NCBI GenBank assembly: GCA_002727315.1
Contig: PBWR01000006.1
Span: 256,094 to 320,093, forward strand
Direction of reading: 5' to 3'
DNA from: Alphaproteobacteria bacterium
Lineage (GTDB): Bacteria; Pseudomonadota; Alphaproteobacteria; UBA6615
Length of the DNA stretch: 64,000 nucleotides
Below are positions 62,791 to 64,000 of this stretch, one piece after another. The position numbers and the translations under genes are program-made. The notes beneath the pieces were generated by a model, which had not been told where the DNA came from, ran no database searches, and worked only from the letters and a program-made list of their open reading frames with translations. The stretch's first letter is position 1; each line of letters opens with the position of its first letter.

Positions 62791-64000
62791 ATGTCAGACG
62801 GTCCGAAACCCGCATCCGCGACCAAGCCCTACAGCCGCCACGCCGCCATCGCGCGCATGGCTCCCGTGCTGGCCATGGCGTTTATCCTGGCGCATTTCCT
62901 GCGCTCCGCCCCGGCGGTGATCGCGCCGAACCTGCGGGCCGAACTCGATCTCACACCCGGCCAGCTATCCAGTCTTCCCGCCGCCATTTTTCTCGGTGCG
63001 GCGCTAATGCAACTTCCCGTCGGTGTGTTTCTCGACCGTTTCGGTCCGCGCCGCACCATGGCCGGGCTGTTCTCTCTGGCGGCCATCGGCGCACTCGTGT
63101 TCGCCGCCGCCCAAGGCGTGACCGGACTGGCCATCGGACTGTTTCTGATCGGGTGCGGCGCCGCACCCGTCTTCATGGGTGTGATCGTCCTGCTGTCGCG
63201 CTGGATTCCACGCGACCAACTGGCGACCGGAACCGCGATTTCAATCTCGATCGGCGGCACGGGCATGCTGTTATCCGCCTCTCCGTTCGCGGCCGCGGTC
63301 GAGCTCTATGGCTGGCGCGCCTCGCTGTTCGCCGTCGGCGGCTTTACCCTCATGGTCGCGGCCGCACTGTTGGTCATGGTTCGCGACCGGCCTGAGGACG
63401 CACCCGGTCAGGCCAGCGGCGAAACGTTGTACGAAACGATCCTCGGCCTGCGCCATGTTCTGCGCGACCGGCGGATTTACTCTTTCGCGGCGGTGACCGC
63501 GGTCGCCGTCGGGACCCTGGTGACCATCCGCAATCTTTGGATCGGCCCATATCTGAACGATGTCTTCGATCTCGACATCGTCGCGCGAGGCAATGTCATA
63601 TTCGTCGTGTCAGTGGCCTGGCTGATCAGCGCCCTGCTCTACGGGCCGCTCGACCGCTGGTTCGACACGCGGCGCGGCGTGGTCACCGGCGGGACACTGC
63701 TGTTCGCGGCCATGACCGCGTTCCTGGCGCTCAACACCAGCTCGTCGGTGCTGATCGTTACGATTCTGCTCTCAGCCTTCGCACTGTTCGCCGCGATGGC
63801 CTCGCCGATTTTCGCACACGCCCGCAGCCTGTTTCCCGACAGCCATTCCGGGCGCGTCTTCACGGCCATCAATCTGTGCACCTGGTCAGGCGTCTTCGTG
63901 ATGCAGATGGGCACCGGCGCCATTCTCGATGCCTTTCCCGTTGATGAACTCGGCCGCAGCCCAGCCATCGCCTACCGGACGATGTTCGGCGCGCTGGCCG
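62791..64000 (+). CDS. MFS transporter (partial; continues beyond the right window edge)
   Basis: Absent from the ORF track because there is no stop in the window. My translation from ATG 62791 is MSDGPKPASATKPYSRHAAIARMAPVLAMAFILAHFLRSAPAVIAPNLRAELDLTPGQLSSLPAAIFLGAALMQLPVGVFLDRFGPRRTMAG... and it stays open to 64000. It has the MFS loop motif DRFGPRR and many hydrophobic segments. Minus-strand ORFs 62829..63266 and 63639..63968 are shadows. Confidence 0.72.
   Translation, partial: MSDGPKPASATKPYSRHAAIARMAPVLAMAFILAHFLRSAPAVIAPNLRAELDLTPGQLSSLPAAIFLGAALMQLPVGVFLDRFGPRRTMAGLFSLAAIGALVFAAAQGVTGLAIGLFLIGCGAAPVFMGVIVLLSRWIPRDQLATGTAISISIGGTGMLLSASPFAAAVELYGWRASLFAVGGFTLMVAAALLVMVRDRPEDAPGQASGETLYETILGLRHVLRDRRIYSFAAVTAVAVGTLVTIRNLWIGPYLNDVFDLDIVARGNVIFVVSVAWLISALLYGPLDRWFDTRRGVVTGGTLLFAAMTAFLALNTSSSVLIVTILLSAFALFAAMASPIFAHARSLFPDSHSGRVFTAINLCTWSGVFVMQMGTGAILDAFPVDELGRSPAIAYRTMFGALA

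Overview
This is a GC-rich chromosomal segment with alphaproteobacterial-type gene order. No database search was run: all calls rest on my reading of the supplied ORF translations, my own translation of regions missing from the track, and recalled family motifs.

Positions 1 to about 22.2 kb form a conserved housekeeping block:
- DUF484 (partial), transaldolase and priA.
- The F1 ATP synthase operon atpHAGDC.
- A ferritin-like di-iron protein, rppH, a divergent polysaccharide deacetylase, ctpA and an M23/EnvC-like peptidase.
- gpmA, rlmH, rsfS, nadD, proA, an EamA transporter, proB, obg, rpmA and rplU.

A tRNA-Ser(CGA) gene at 22073-22162 marks a switch to about 42 kb of accessory catabolic and transport genes:
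- BKACE, a fused E1 alpha/beta, a crotonase and a three-subunit XDH-family molybdoenzyme.
- PiT with a NUDIX hydrolase.
- MFS, a benzoylformate-decarboxylase-like ThDP enzyme, an IMDH-like dehydrogenase and two acyl-CoA dehydrogenases.
- Dcp peptidase and an enolase-superfamily enzyme.
- An eight-gene operon ending in a cobalt-type nitrile hydratase.
- upp, and an acyl-CoA ligase with an enoyl-CoA hydratase.
- A Gfo/Idh/MocA oxidoreductase, an isochorismatase-family hydrolase, a GST and hydantoinase A/B.
- A CBS-BON protein and a partial MFS gene.

I found no transposase, integrase, phage gene, CRISPR array, toxin-antitoxin pair or recognisable defence gene. I also found no transcription factor anywhere in the window.

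Most notable observations:
1. Five damaged genes: an atpD frameshift in a (GC)5 run, a 1-nt frameshift in the first fused E1 gene, an in-frame TGA in the CBS-BON gene, an internally deleted dienelactone hydrolase, and a C-terminal stub of an OYE reductase.
2. A cobalt-type nitrile hydratase in an unusual operon with a COG0523 GTPase, a fused E1 alpha/beta, a VOC protein, a HIBADH-like reductase and an M24 hydrolase, with no amidase.
3. Two paralogous fused E1 alpha/beta genes with no E2 or E3 partner.
4. Several orphan catabolic modules and small repeat or palindrome elements.

I cannot point with confidence to a clearly novel system. The orphan operons are the best candidates.
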